A DNA stretch of 64,000 nt from Oscillospiraceae bacterium (GCA_015064895.1 SVRI01000002.1:84113-148112); one strand, 5' to 3'; positions 24,388-34,212 are shown, counted from the first letter of the stretch. Numbers and translations: made by a program. Notes: a model not told the origin generated them from the sequence alone.

Positions 24388-25797
24388 TTACTGTGCGTTG
24401 CCTTTGAGTAATGACTCTCCGAAGGCATCTATTTTTACATTCACGTATTTTCCGTATATATCCTTATTATCACTTGTGAATTTCACAAGTTTAAAGCCCG
24501 ATGTTCTTCCGCCGAACATGCCGTTTTCATCCTCGGTCTGTTCGCACAGCACTCGAACCGTTTTTCCGACATATGAGGCATTTATTGCAGTGATATTCTC
24601 CCTGTGAAGGGTGAGTAGGCGTGACATTCTCTCGGTCTTTTCCTCGTCGGATGTACCGTCTTGCATCTCACTTGCGGGAGTACCGGGGCGTCTTGAATAG
24701 ATAAATGAGAACACCGAATCATACTTTACCTCTTTTATGAGGCTGAGGGTTTCCTCAAAGTCCTCAGCTGTCTCACCGGGAAAACCGACGATGATATCGG
24801 TTGTGAGAACTATATCGGGTACAGCTTCTCTCAGCTTTCTAACCGTTTCAAGATAGCCTTCACGGGTGTATTTTCTGTTCATTTCCGAAAGTGTTCTTGT
24901 GGAACCCGACTGCACAGGCAGGTGGAAATGACGTTCAACCTTAGGATTGTTCTTTATAACCTCAATGAGTCTGTCCGAAACATCCTTCGGGTGACTTGTC
25001 ATAAAGCGAAGTGTAAAGTCTCCGTCGATTTTGCAAATTTCTTCAACAAGCGTTGCAAAATCACACGGTTCGTCTAAGCTTTTTCCATAGGAGTTTACGT
25101 TCTGACCGAGAAGTGTGATTTCCTTATAGCCGTCACGAACAAGTCCTTTTACTTCATTCAGTATGTCTTCTTTTTTTCGGCTTCTTTCCCTTCCTCTTAC
25201 ATACGGAACTATACAGTATGTACAGAAGTTATTACAGCCGTACATAATGGAAACATATGCCTTGATATCATTATTTCTTTCTACGGGGACGCCCTCAACG
25301 ATGGAATAATCGAGCTCATCCACATAGTATCTTCGTCTGTCCGATTCCATTACATCACATAGAATTTCGGGAAGTCGGTGAAGCATATTCGTACCTGCAA
25401 CAAAGTCAACATAGGGGTACTTATGCTTTATATCCTCTACCCTTTTTTCCTGACTTACCATACATCCCCAAAGACCGATAAGAAGGTTTTTATTCTTATC
25501 TTTAAGATGCTTTAACTGTCCCGTTTTGGATAAAGCTCTCAGCTCTGCGTGTTCACGTACCGCGCAGGTATTGAAGATGATAAGGTCGGCATCATCCATG
25601 CTCTCTGCCTTTTCATAGCCAAGATTTTTTGCAGTACCCGAGAGTCTTTCACTGTCGGCTTCATTCTGCTGACAGCCGAAGGTTGTGATATAATACTTTG
25701 GCGTTCTTCCCTTACTCTTTAGTATTTCACGGACACGCAAAGTATATTTTTCCTGATTTTTGATATCGGCTGTATTTTCGTCAAAAGTTTTAGCCAT
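24388..25797 (-). CDS. miaB: tRNA-2-methylthio-N6-dimethylallyladenosine synthase MiaB
   Basis: 469 aa. UPF0004 N-domain (TFGCQQNEADSE), radical-SAM motif GCNNFCTYCIVPYVRG and a C-terminal TRAM domain. Confidence 0.9.
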   Translation of the reverse strand: MAKTFDENTADIKNQEKYTLRVREILKSKGRTPKYYITTFGCQQNEADSERLSGTAKNLGYEKAESMDDADLIIFNTCAVREHAELRALSKTGQLKHLKDKNKNLLIGLWGCMVSQEKRVEDIKHKYPYVDFVAGTNMLHRLPEILCDVMESDRRRYYVDELDYSIVEGVPVERNNDIKAYVSIMYGCNNFCTYCIVPYVRGRERSRKKEDILNEVKGLVRDGYKEITLLGQNVNSYGKSLDEPCDFATLVEEICKIDGDFTLRFMTSHPKDVSDRLIEVIKNNPKVERHFHLPVQSGSTRTLSEMNRKYTREGYLETVRKLREAVPDIVLTTDIIVGFPGETAEDFEETLSLIKEVKYDSVFSFIYSRRPGTPASEMQDGTSDEEKTERMSRLLTLHRENITAINASYVGKTVRVLCEQTEDENGMFGGRTSGFKLVKFTSDNKDIYGKYVNVKIDAFGESLLKGNAQ

Positions 25798-25801
25798 AGG
25801 T

Positions 25802-26677
25802 TTAGCCTTTCATGAGCTTTCTTAAATCATCGGGTGTGAATGTATAGATTTTATCGCAGAACTGACAGGACACATCAATATCCTTGCCTTCATTTATCAT
25901 GTCCGCAATCTCGTCCTTGCCGACAGAAAGAATTGCTCTTTCTACCTTTTCTTTATTACATTCGCAGAAATATGAAACATCTGCTTCGTCAAAGATATCA
26001 AATTCGATATCGCCGAGGATTTCTTTAAGGTATTCCTCGTTTGTTTTTCCGCTTGAGAACATATGAGACACGGGCGGGATAAGAGGAAGTCTTGCTTCGA
26101 GCCTGTCAATAAACTTATCATCGGTACCGGGAAGAAGCTGTATCATAAAGCCGCCTGCTGCCTTACATTTATAGTCATTTCCCATAAGCACACCGAGGGC
26201 ACAGACGGTGGGTGTTTGCTCGCTTGTGGCATAGTAGTTTGTAAAGTCTTCGGCGATTTCGCCCGAAACTATGGGTACAAGTCCCACAAAGGGTTCGCCC
26301 TGTCCCATATCCTTGACGATACTCATAGTACCTTTACCTACAGCGCCTGCAACGTCAAGCTTACCTCTGGAGTTTAAGGGCAGGTCTGCCTGAGGATTCT
26401 GAACAAAGCCCTTTACATTACCGTAGTAATCGGCAACGGCTAAAACTTTGCCGCATACACCGTCACCGTTAAAGGATACGGTTACGGTATCGTCACGGTC
26501 TTTGAGCATGATACCTGCCATACTGGTAGCTGTCAGAGTTCTTCCGAGAGCTGCAGCGGCAGTCGGCGAAAGGTTATGGATTTTTATCGCGTCATTTACC
26601 ATAGCCTTGGAGTTTATAATAATGATTCGTGCCGAGCCGCAAGTGGTCATGGCACGGGTTATTGTGTTATCAAGCAT
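25802..26677 (-). CDS. hslO: redox-regulated chaperone Hsp33
   Basis: 291 aa. The C-terminal zinc centre YFCECNKEKV...SCQFCDKIYTF has the CxC...CxxC arrangement typical of Hsp33. Confidence 0.88.
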   Translation of the reverse strand: MLDNTITRAMTTCGSARIIIINSKAMVNDAIKIHNLSPTAAAALGRTLTATSMAGIMLKDRDDTVTVSFNGDGVCGKVLAVADYYGNVKGFVQNPQADLPLNSRGKLDVAGAVGKGTMSIVKDMGQGEPFVGLVPIVSGEIAEDFTNYYATSEQTPTVCALGVLMGNDYKCKAAGGFMIQLLPGTDDKFIDRLEARLPLIPPVSHMFSSGKTNEEYLKEILGDIEFDIFDEADVSYFCECNKEKVERAILSVGKDEIADMINEGKDIDVSCQFCDKIYTFTPDDLRKLMKG

Positions 26678-26704
26678 AGGGTTAAGTTCCTTTTTATATT
26701 TTGT

Positions 26705-26745
26705 CTTGAGTTTGCATCGTAGCGTTTATGCGATGCAAACGGGGT
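26705..26745 (+). repeat. family B hairpin-1 module only, copy B4
   Basis: tGAGtttgcatcg / tagcgtttatg / cgatgcaaaCGGGGTTA (stem 26709-17 with 26729-37). The flanks and loop match 23803-23845, but the stem sequence is different and still complementary. Confidence 0.65.
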
Positions 26746-26762
26746 TAGTTACGCGATTAATA

Positions 26763-27569
26763 TTATTTGTTCTTATCAGAAGCTTTGCCCGCGAAATTGC
26801 CTGCGGCGGCTCGCCGTGCAATAAAATGCAATCTTTCATTTACATTTTCGTCTGCCCCTGAAAAGTCCATGCCGCCGAAAGAGTATACCTTTTCAAAGCC
26901 TGCTTCCTTAAGGTATGCACGTATATTCTTTTCGGTATACATCCTTTCCTTATTATCTTCATCGTGGCGTGAGTATGTACCGTCTTCGTTTTCGATAAAG
27001 AATGAAAGATAAAAATCGCAGATTTTCTTTTCTTCATCATAGAAGTTCTGCCATGCACAGAGTACCCCATCATCTTCAAGGACATAAGCATTGTCGGCAT
27101 AGATATTTTCAAACTTATACTTTGAGTTTACGTCAAAGACAAACACACCGCCGTCGACAAGTATATCGTATGCACTCTTAAAGCATTCCTTGACGCTTTT
27201 GGGAGTCAGCAGGCAGTTTACGCTGTCAAGAAGGCAGATTACGGCACCCGCTTTATTTGAAGCTGTAAACGAGCACATATCCTGTTTTGCGAAAATTACA
27301 TTTCTGCATCCCTTTTCAAATGCCTTGTTGTCGGCAATTGACAGCATATCCTCCGAAAGGTCGCTGGCGGTAACTTTATAACCGCGTTTTTCAAGTTCAA
27401 TGGCAACGCTACCCGTACCGCATGCAATTTCGCAAACGTGTTTTACCTCACACTCTGCATACTTTTCAAAGCATTCTTCACAAAAGTCTGCCCAATCTTT
27501 CGGGTCAACATCGGCGTTGAGTCTGTCGTAAACTTCAGACAGATACTGTCCGTAGCCTTTATTCTTCAT
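26763..27569 (-). CDS. class I SAM-dependent methyltransferase
   Basis: 268 aa. Motif I VCEIACGTGSVAIELEKRGYKVTASDLSEDML. Substrate unknown. Confidence 0.75.
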   Translation of the reverse strand: MKNKGYGQYLSEVYDRLNADVDPKDWADFCEECFEKYAECEVKHVCEIACGTGSVAIELEKRGYKVTASDLSEDMLSIADNKAFEKGCRNVIFAKQDMCSFTASNKAGAVICLLDSVNCLLTPKSVKECFKSAYDILVDGGVFVFDVNSKYKFENIYADNAYVLEDDGVLCAWQNFYDEEKKICDFYLSFFIENEDGTYSRHDEDNKERMYTEKNIRAYLKEAGFEKVYSFGGMDFSGADENVNERLHFIARRAAAGNFAGKASDKNK

Positions 27570-27852
27570 ATTCTATTTTTGAGAGGGCTCTGGTATAGCC
27601 GTCGCTTCCGTATTTAAGGCAGCGGTTCACTCTGGAGATTGTCGCTGTCGAAAGTCCTGTTTCGTCGGCAATTTCGGTATACTTCTTGCCTTCCGAAAGC
27701 ATATGGGCGGCTGCCACTCTCTTTGCCATTTCATTTATTTCGGAGGCGGTGCAAAGATCCTCGAAAAGGTCATAGCACTCCTCAATTGTTTCAAGAGAAA
27801 GTATTGCACGGAAAAGATTGTTTACTCGCGCACTTTTAAGTTTTTCGTTCAT
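27559..27852 (-). CDS. YerC/YecD (TrpR-like) family DNA-binding protein
   Basis: 97 aa. LFRAILSLETIEECYDLFEDLCT..EINEMAKRV..YTEIADETGLSTATISRVNRCLKYG matches the YerC/YecD pattern. Confidence 0.75.
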   Translation of the reverse strand: MNEKLKSARVNNLFRAILSLETIEECYDLFEDLCTASEINEMAKRVAAAHMLSEGKKYTEIADETGLSTATISRVNRCLKYGSDGYTRALSKIEYEE

Positions 27853-27971
27853 TTTTCAGACAGTTCCTTTCTACATTTTTGCGTATAATAGGTGATTTTA
27901 ATATTATAACAACTTAAAGTGTAAAAGTAAAGAGTTTTTTTGAAAAAAACGATATTTTTCCATAACAAACA

Positions 27972-27999
27972 AAAAAGCCGCCCCCGATAAAGGGCGGCA
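27972..27999 (-). terminator. Rho-independent terminator after the HPr-like gene
   Basis: On the minus strand gccgccc pairs with gggcggc and is followed by ttttttg (the A-run at 27971-76 on plus). Confidence 0.7.
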
Positions 28000-28015
28000 G
28001 GCTTCATTGTCTGTA

Positions 28016-28246
28016 TTACTTTACAATGTAGTCGGAAAGCTTTTCTACGATTGCATCGCAGTCATCACAGTGAATTGTCATTTCAACGGGATTTAAAAGG
28101 TCAAGGCTGAAAATACCCATGATGGATTTTGCATCTACGGTATATCTTCCCGACTTGAGGTCAATTTCACCTTCAAATGCCGTAACAACGTTTACAAACT
28201 TTCTTACATCTTCGAGTGTGTTGAGTTTAATCATAAATGTTTTCAT
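28016..28246 (-). CDS. HPr-family protein lacking the His15 phosphorylation site (Crh-like)
   Basis: ORF 28016..28282 trimmed to ATG 28246 (AGGAGG 10 nt upstream). VDAKSIMGIFSL matches the HPr Ser46 region (K-S-I-M-G). At the His15 position the sequence is LEDVRKF, where HPr has GIHARPA. Confidence 0.65.
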   Translation of the reverse strand: MKTFMIKLNTLEDVRKFVNVVTAFEGEIDLKSGRYTVDAKSIMGIFSLDLLNPVEMTIHCDDCDAIVEKLSDYIVK

Positions 28247-28466
28247 ATATATGTGTCCTCCTTTGAAAAGTATTACAGTCAAATTATATTAAATGATTGT
28301 CGTTTTGTCAATACATGGTTACAAAATGACATGAAAATTCAAAATTGTAACACTTATTTTGCAATGTGTTTACAGATTGCGGGGAAAATATATTATAATT
28401 ATGATGTTGTGTTATGTATTTAACAAACACAAATGCCTATCATCACAGAATCCAGAGGTAATTAAA

Positions 28467-29534
28467 ATGGCAAAAGAATTTAAGAGAATAGGTGTTCTTA
28501 CATCAGGCGGCGATGCGCCCGGTATGAACGCAGCAATCAGAAGTGTAGTAAGAAGTGCAATTTCCCGCGGCATTGAAGTCATGGGTATTTATTGCGGCTA
28601 CAAGGGACTTATAGAAAATGACATGAAGCTTCTCTCAGAAAGAGATGTTTCAAATATACTCAATCACGGCGGTACAATGCTCTATTCCGACAGATGCGAC
28701 AAGTTCAAAACCCAGGAAGGTATCAATCTTGCCGTTGAAAACTGTAAGAAGAACGGCATTGACGGTATCGTCACCCTCGGCGGAGACGGTACTTTCAGAG
28801 GTGCTACAGACCTTTCAAGAAACGGTATTCCTTGTATTGGTATTCCCTGTACTATCGACAACGATATTTCCGCAACCGACTACACCATCGGTTACGATAC
28901 GGCAAAGAACACCGTTATTGAAATGGTTGACAGACTAAGAGACACATGCGAATCCCATGCAAGATGTAATGTTGTTGAAGTAATGGGCAGACACGCGGGC
29001 TACATTCCCGTAGAATGCGGTATTGCAATCGGTGCAACAGGCATTGCCATTCCTGAAATTGATTTTGACAAAGAAGGTCTTATCCGAAATCTTAAAACCC
29101 TTTCAACGCACGGCAAGAGAAACTTCATTGTAATGGTTTCCGAGGGTATGGGCAAGGGCTTCTCTGCTGAGCTTACAAAGGAAATAGAAGAAAAGACAGG
29201 CATCGAAACAAGACTTGCAGTGCTTGCTCACGTACAGAGAGGCGGTTCGCCCAGCTGTACCGACAGAGTTATCGCTACAAGAATGGGCTACCGTGCCGTT
29301 GAACAGCTTCTTGCAGGCAGATACAACGAGGTTGTTTGCTACACAAGAGGAAACATTCATATTTCCGAAATGGAATATGCCTTCACTTTCGACAGAATCG
29401 TAAAAGGCAAGGCTACCGAAGAAGAAATCAACGCCCTTGAACCCACGCTGAGAGCAGAAATGTTGGAACGTGCGGCATCTAAGAAGGATTATCTTGTTCG
29501 TCTTTACAACCTTGCACAAAGAATTTCTTTCTAA
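28467..29534 (+). CDS. pfkA: ATP-dependent 6-phosphofructokinase
   Basis: ORF 28359..29534 trimmed to ATG 28467 (MAKEFKRIGVLTSGGDAPGMNAAIR). Also GGDGT, PCTIDND and MGRHAG. Confidence 0.92.
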   Translation: MAKEFKRIGVLTSGGDAPGMNAAIRSVVRSAISRGIEVMGIYCGYKGLIENDMKLLSERDVSNILNHGGTMLYSDRCDKFKTQEGINLAVENCKKNGIDGIVTLGGDGTFRGATDLSRNGIPCIGIPCTIDNDISATDYTIGYDTAKNTVIEMVDRLRDTCESHARCNVVEVMGRHAGYIPVECGIAIGATGIAIPEIDFDKEGLIRNLKTLSTHGKRNFIVMVSEGMGKGFSAELTKEIEEKTGIETRLAVLAHVQRGGSPSCTDRVIATRMGYRAVEQLLAGRYNEVVCYTRGNIHISEMEYAFTFDRIVKGKATEEEINALEPTLRAEMLERAASKKDYLVRLYNLAQRISF

Positions 29535-29556
29535 AACTTGTCTTTTTCAAGGATTA

Positions 29557-29581
29557 AAAGCACCATTTTTTGGTGCTTTTG
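29557..29581 (+). terminator. Rho-independent terminator after pfkA
   Basis: aaagcacca (29557-65) pairs with tggtgcttt (29571-79), followed by T residues. Confidence 0.7.
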
Positions 29582-29603
29582 TCATATTTTCACATTTTAT
29601 TCA

Positions 29604-29632
29604 TTGAAAAATCGGAATTGACGTGTTATAAT
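29604..29632 (+). promoter_or_regulatory. promoter of SBP paralog 1 (extended -10)
   Basis: TTGAAA (29604-09), 17 nt, then TATAAT (29627-32) preceded by TGt (29624-26). Confidence 0.55.
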
Positions 29633-29676
29633 AGCAATTGTAATGCTTTTTATTTAATTCAAAGGAGTTGTTTGTT

Positions 29677-31089
29677 TTGAAATTGAAACGAATATTATTT
29701 GTTTTACTTGCATTTATTTCACTTCTTGCCATTTGCTCCTGCAAAAAAGATGAAGACAAAAAATCTACATACGTTCCTGTAGCAGGTGACGAATACTGGC
29801 TCGGTCACAATCCTCAGGAAGACATGAAAGGTTATCAATTCAGAATTCTTTCCAGAAAAGGCATGAAAAGCGATCAGTATGCTGAAGAACAGACCGGTGA
29901 CATTATCAACGATGCCATTTACAAGAGGAACGAAACTGTAAAGGGTTATTTCAACTGTGATGTCGTTTCAATTGAAAGCTCATCAGGCAGTGCCGATGAT
30001 GCCATCAACTCCATTCTTGCGGGTGATGACCAGTATGACATCATTTTCCCTCACTCAAGATCAGCATTCCAGTATGCTGTTCAGGATGCTCTTGTAAATT
30101 TCAATGACATAAAAACCATCCACCTTGACAAGTCCTGGTGGTCGCAGGATATTATTGATTCATGTAATGTAAACGGACATCTTTACGTTCTTGACGGCGA
30201 TATCTCCACACACAGACTTCAGTATGCATTCTGTATGTTCTTCAACAAGAGAATCTTTGACGAACTCGGTATTGAATATCCTTACCGGATGGCTCTTGAC
30301 GGCACATGGACATTTGATGAGTTTTCAAAGCTTGTAAAGAAGGGTTCAAAGGACCTCAACGGTGACGGTATTCTTAAGCCCGAAGACGACCAGTTCGGTT
30401 ATTACACAAGTAACTGGTACGGACCTATCAACGTACTTTATACGGGCGGTCAGAGAATTTATTCCAAAAATGCGGCAGGAGTACCTTATATATCTCTCAA
30501 TTCCAACAAGACTGTGGAAATTTTCTCAGAATTCTTTAAGCTTACCGATTCCGACGATGTCTATATTTACAATCAGATAAGCAATGAAAGCGACCCTGCA
30601 GGAAATCCCTTCAATGAAGGCCGTTCAATGTTTGCAGACAAGGGCCTTGGTAATGCGAAGGCTATGAGAAGCATGAACGACGAATTCGGTATTCTCCCTT
30701 GGCCCAAGTTCACCGAGGAAGACGTATATGCAACTGTAGTAAACGGTCATGCAAGCCTTATGGTTATGCCTATAACCGTTGCTGACAAACAGAAATCCGG
30801 TAAAATTATCGAAGCACTCTGTGCTATCGGTAACAAGGAAGTTATTCCTGCATTCTACGATGTATCACTTAAAACAAAATTCTCTAGAGACGCCGAATCC
30901 GAAGCAATGATTGATATCATAAAAGATTCCATCATCTACGACCTCGGTTACGTTTCCGGCGGTGTATTGAATTCTGTAGGTTCGTCACTTTCCAAGAGCA
31001 GCAACCATGACTTCGCTCAATTCTATGCTCAGAACGAATCCAAGGCTCAGTCAGACCTTCAGAGCTTCCTTGAAGCTTACGGTTCATAA
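29677..31089 (+). CDS. ABC-type extracellular solute-binding lipoprotein (family-1 SBP-like), paralog 1
   Basis: ORF 29668..31089. TTG 29677 is the best start (AAAGGAG 9 nt upstream) and gives MKLKRILFVLLAFISLLAICSC with a lipobox. SBP-like features: NKRIFDELGIEYP..DGTWTFDEFSKLVKKGSKDLNGDG. Confidence 0.8.
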   Translation: MKLKRILFVLLAFISLLAICSCKKDEDKKSTYVPVAGDEYWLGHNPQEDMKGYQFRILSRKGMKSDQYAEEQTGDIINDAIYKRNETVKGYFNCDVVSIESSSGSADDAINSILAGDDQYDIIFPHSRSAFQYAVQDALVNFNDIKTIHLDKSWWSQDIIDSCNVNGHLYVLDGDISTHRLQYAFCMFFNKRIFDELGIEYPYRMALDGTWTFDEFSKLVKKGSKDLNGDGILKPEDDQFGYYTSNWYGPINVLYTGGQRIYSKNAAGVPYISLNSNKTVEIFSEFFKLTDSDDVYIYNQISNESDPAGNPFNEGRSMFADKGLGNAKAMRSMNDEFGILPWPKFTEEDVYATVVNGHASLMVMPITVADKQKSGKIIEALCAIGNKEVIPAFYDVSLKTKFSRDAESEAMIDIIKDSIIYDLGYVSGGVLNSVGSSLSKSSNHDFAQFYAQNESKAQSDLQSFLEAYGS

Positions 31090-31101
31090 TATTAAGATTT
31101 G

Positions 31102-31134
31102 AAAGCCCGTTTTCCAACGGGCTTTTCTTTTTTT
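31102..31134 (+). terminator. Rho-independent terminator after SBP paralog 1
   Basis: aaagcccgt (31102-10) pairs with acgggcttt (31117-25), followed by tcttttttt. Confidence 0.8.
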
Positions 31135-31225
31135 CGATTTATTATTTTTTTACAATTTGTTATCCGCATTCTAACAAAGTGGTGTTAATGTATAGTGAGA
31201 GTTAGGCTTTTTAGGGGGTAATATT

Positions 31226-32632
31226 TTGAATATTAAGAGTATTTTTTTAATCCTTCTTGCGGTATTATCTATTTTTGCTGTCAGCTCATGCAAGAAGAAA
31301 GACTCCGGAATTTCTACATACGTTCCTGTTGCCGGTGATGAGTACTGGCTGGGTCACAATCCGCAGGAAGATATGGACGGATATCAATTCAGAATCCTTT
31401 CGAGAAAAGGCATGAAAAGTGACCAGTATGCAGAAGAAGAAACCGGCGATATTATCAATGATGCAGTTTTCAAAAGAAATGAAACGGTAAAGGGTTATTT
31501 CAACTGCGACATCATTACAATAGAAAGCTCTACAAACAAGGCCGACGATGCCATCAACTCAATCCTTGCAGGCGATGACCAGTATGACATTCTTCTTCCC
31601 CACTCAAGATCGGCTTTCCAGTATGCAATCCAGGATGCACTTGTTAACTTCAACGATGTAAAGACAATCGATACATCCAAGGATTGGTGGTCGAAGGATA
31701 TTATTGACTCCTGTAACATAAACGGTTATCTCTACGTTCTTGACGGTGACATCTCTACCCACAGACTTGAATACGGCTTTGCCATGTACTTCAACAAGAG
31801 GATTTTTGACGAGCTTGGTCTTGAATATCCTTATCAGATGGCTATTGACGGTACATGGACATTTGACGAATTTTCAAAGCTCGTAAAGAAGGGTTCAAAG
31901 GACCTCAACGGCGACGGTCTCATCAAGCCCGAGGACGACCAGTACGGTTACTATTCATGGCATGCCTTCGGACCCATTCAGGTGCTTTATACGGGCGGTC
32001 AGAGAATCTATTCCAAGAGTGCTACGGGTGTTCCCTATCTTTCTTTAAACTCAACAAAAACTTTAAATCTTTATTCCGATTTCTTCAGACTTTGCGATTC
32101 CGATGACGTATTACTCTGTGCTGCACAGAATGCTCCGTCAGAAAATTTATTCACTGCAGGACGTGCAATGTTCGCAGACAACGGTCTCGGTCAGGCAAAA
32201 ACATTTAGAAACATGAGCGATGAATTCGGTATTCTCCCCTGGCCCAAGTACACAGCAGAAGATGAATACAAGACAGTTATCAACGGTCATGCAAGCCTTC
32301 TCGTTATGCCCATCACTGTTCCGGACAAGCAAAAATCGGGCAAGATTATCGAAGCACTCTGTGCTCTTGGCAACAAAGAAGTAGTTCCTGCTTTCTATGA
32401 TGTATCTCTTAAAACAAAGTTTTCGAGAGACGCCGAATCCGAAGCAATGATTGATATTATCAGAGACTCTCTCATATATGACCTCGGCTATGTTTCGGGC
32501 GGTACATTCCAGAATGTCGGTGAAAGACTTGCATCAATGGGTAACCGTGACTTTGCCTCCTATTATGCACAGAACGAATCCAAGGCTCAGACAGATCTTC
32601 AGAACTTCCTCGCATCCTACGGCAAATTATAA
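31226..32632 (+). CDS. ABC-type extracellular solute-binding lipoprotein, paralog 2
   Basis: 468 aa. TTG start with AGGGGG 7 nt upstream. Signal and lipobox MNIKSIFLILLAVLSIFAVSSC. Full-length alignment with paralog 1. Confidence 0.8.
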   Translation: MNIKSIFLILLAVLSIFAVSSCKKKDSGISTYVPVAGDEYWLGHNPQEDMDGYQFRILSRKGMKSDQYAEEETGDIINDAVFKRNETVKGYFNCDIITIESSTNKADDAINSILAGDDQYDILLPHSRSAFQYAIQDALVNFNDVKTIDTSKDWWSKDIIDSCNINGYLYVLDGDISTHRLEYGFAMYFNKRIFDELGLEYPYQMAIDGTWTFDEFSKLVKKGSKDLNGDGLIKPEDDQYGYYSWHAFGPIQVLYTGGQRIYSKSATGVPYLSLNSTKTLNLYSDFFRLCDSDDVLLCAAQNAPSENLFTAGRAMFADNGLGQAKTFRNMSDEFGILPWPKYTAEDEYKTVINGHASLLVMPITVPDKQKSGKIIEALCALGNKEVVPAFYDVSLKTKFSRDAESEAMIDIIRDSLIYDLGYVSGGTFQNVGERLASMGNRDFASYYAQNESKAQTDLQNFLASYGKL

Positions 32633-32644
32633 AATGCAACAGCA

Positions 32645-32677
32645 AAAGGCTTGTCTTACGGCAAGCCTTTATTTTTG
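32645..32677 (+). terminator. Rho-independent terminator after SBP paralog 2
   Basis: aaaggcttg (32645-53) pairs with caagccttt (32662-70), followed by atttttg. Confidence 0.8.
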
Positions 32678-32706
32678 TACATTTTTTATTCTTTACAAAT
32701 TAGATG

Positions 32707-32735
32707 TTGACTACAGTGAAAAAACTGTGTAAAAT
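32707..32735 (+). promoter_or_regulatory. promoter of SBP paralog 3
   Basis: TTGACT (32707-12), 17 nt, then TAAAAT (32730-35). Confidence 0.6.
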
Positions 32736-32769
32736 ACAATATGAAGTTCATATTTAGGAGGTATATCCT

Positions 32770-34179
32770 TTGAGAATCAAAAGATTATCATGTATTCTTC
32801 TTGCCGTAGCATCTTTATTTATAATCAGTGCGTGCAAGAAAGATGACAAAGACAGAACCACATACGTTCCTGTAGCCGGTGACGAATATTGGTTAGGTCA
32901 CATTGAACAGGAAGACATGCAGGGATATCAGTTCAGAATACTTTCAAGAAAAGGCATGGTAGATGACCAGTATGTTGAAAAAGAAACAGGCGATATCATC
33001 AACGATGCCGTCTACAAGAGAAATGAAACGGTAAAGGGATATCTTAATATCGACATAGTTTCAATCGAAAGTTCCACTGACACCGCGTCCGACGCAATCA
33101 ACTCAATTCTTGCGGGCGATGACCAGTATGACGTAATGTTCCCCCACTCAAGAGCGGCTTTCCAGTATGCTGTTCAGGATGCACTTGTAAACTTCAATGA
33201 CATTAAAACAATTGACACCTCTAAACCCTGGTGGTCACAGGATATCATAGATTCATGTAATGTAAACGGACATCTTTATGTTCTTGACGGCGACATTCAG
33301 ACTGACAGACTTTTCTATGCGTTCTGTATGTTCTTCAACAAGAGAATCTTTGACGAGCTGGGTGTTGAATATCCTTACCAGATGGCACTTGACGGCACAT
33401 GGACATTTGATGAGTTTTCAAAGCTTGTAAAGAAGGGCTCAAAAGACCTCAACGGTGACGGTTTGCTCAAGCAAGAAGAAGACCAGCTCGGCTACTACAC
33501 AAGAGAATGGTACGGTCCTATCCAGGCACTTTATTCGGGTGGACAAAGAATCTATTCCAAGGATGCAAGAGGCATACCCGTTCTCTCACTCAACTCCAAT
33601 AAAACAGTTGATATTTTCTCCGATTTCTTCAAGCTCGCCGACTCAGATGACGTTTTCCTTCAGTTGACTCCCGGAAGACTTGCAAAGGAAGACTTATTCC
33701 CTGTAGGACGTGCAATGTTTGCAGACAGAGGTCTCGGCTCTGCCCAGGCACTCAGAAGTATGGATGACGAATTCGGTATTCTCCCCTGGCCAAAGTTTTC
33801 TGCCGATGATGAATACAAGACGGTGGTTAACGGTCATGCATGTTTACTTACAATGCCCATCACTGTTCCCGATAAGCAGAAGTCAGGTAAGATTATTGAA
33901 GCCCTCTGTGCCCTCGGCAACAAGGAAGTACTTCCTGCATTCTATGAAGTATCACTAAAGACCAAGTTCTCTAGAGATGCCGAATCCGAAAAGATGATTG
34001 ACATTATCAAGGACTCCATTATCTACGACCTCGGTTACGTTTCCGGCGGTACAATGAACTCGGTCGGTGCTACTCTTGCTCAGAGTAACAACCATGATTT
34101 CTCTCAGTTCTATGCACAGAATGAATCAAAGGCTCAGACAGACCTTCAGAGTTTCCTTAAATCCTACGGTAAAATGTAA
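32770..34179 (+). CDS. ABC-type extracellular solute-binding lipoprotein, paralog 3
   Basis: 469 aa. TTG start with AGGAGG 8 nt upstream. MRIKRLSCILLAVASLFIISAC. Confidence 0.8.
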   Translation: MRIKRLSCILLAVASLFIISACKKDDKDRTTYVPVAGDEYWLGHIEQEDMQGYQFRILSRKGMVDDQYVEKETGDIINDAVYKRNETVKGYLNIDIVSIESSTDTASDAINSILAGDDQYDVMFPHSRAAFQYAVQDALVNFNDIKTIDTSKPWWSQDIIDSCNVNGHLYVLDGDIQTDRLFYAFCMFFNKRIFDELGVEYPYQMALDGTWTFDEFSKLVKKGSKDLNGDGLLKQEEDQLGYYTREWYGPIQALYSGGQRIYSKDARGIPVLSLNSNKTVDIFSDFFKLADSDDVFLQLTPGRLAKEDLFPVGRAMFADRGLGSAQALRSMDDEFGILPWPKFSADDEYKTVVNGHACLLTMPITVPDKQKSGKIIEALCALGNKEVLPAFYEVSLKTKFSRDAESEKMIDIIKDSIIYDLGYVSGGTMNSVGATLAQSNNHDFSQFYAQNESKAQTDLQSFLKSYGKM

Positions 34180-34184
34180 TTTTC

Positions 34185-34211
34185 AAACTCCCCTTTTTGG
34201 GGAGTTTTTTT
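34185..34211 (+). terminator. Rho-independent terminator after SBP paralog 3
   Basis: aaactcccc/ggggagttt followed by a T-run. Nearly identical to the terminator at 36104-36132. Confidence 0.85.
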
Positions 34212-34212
34212 A

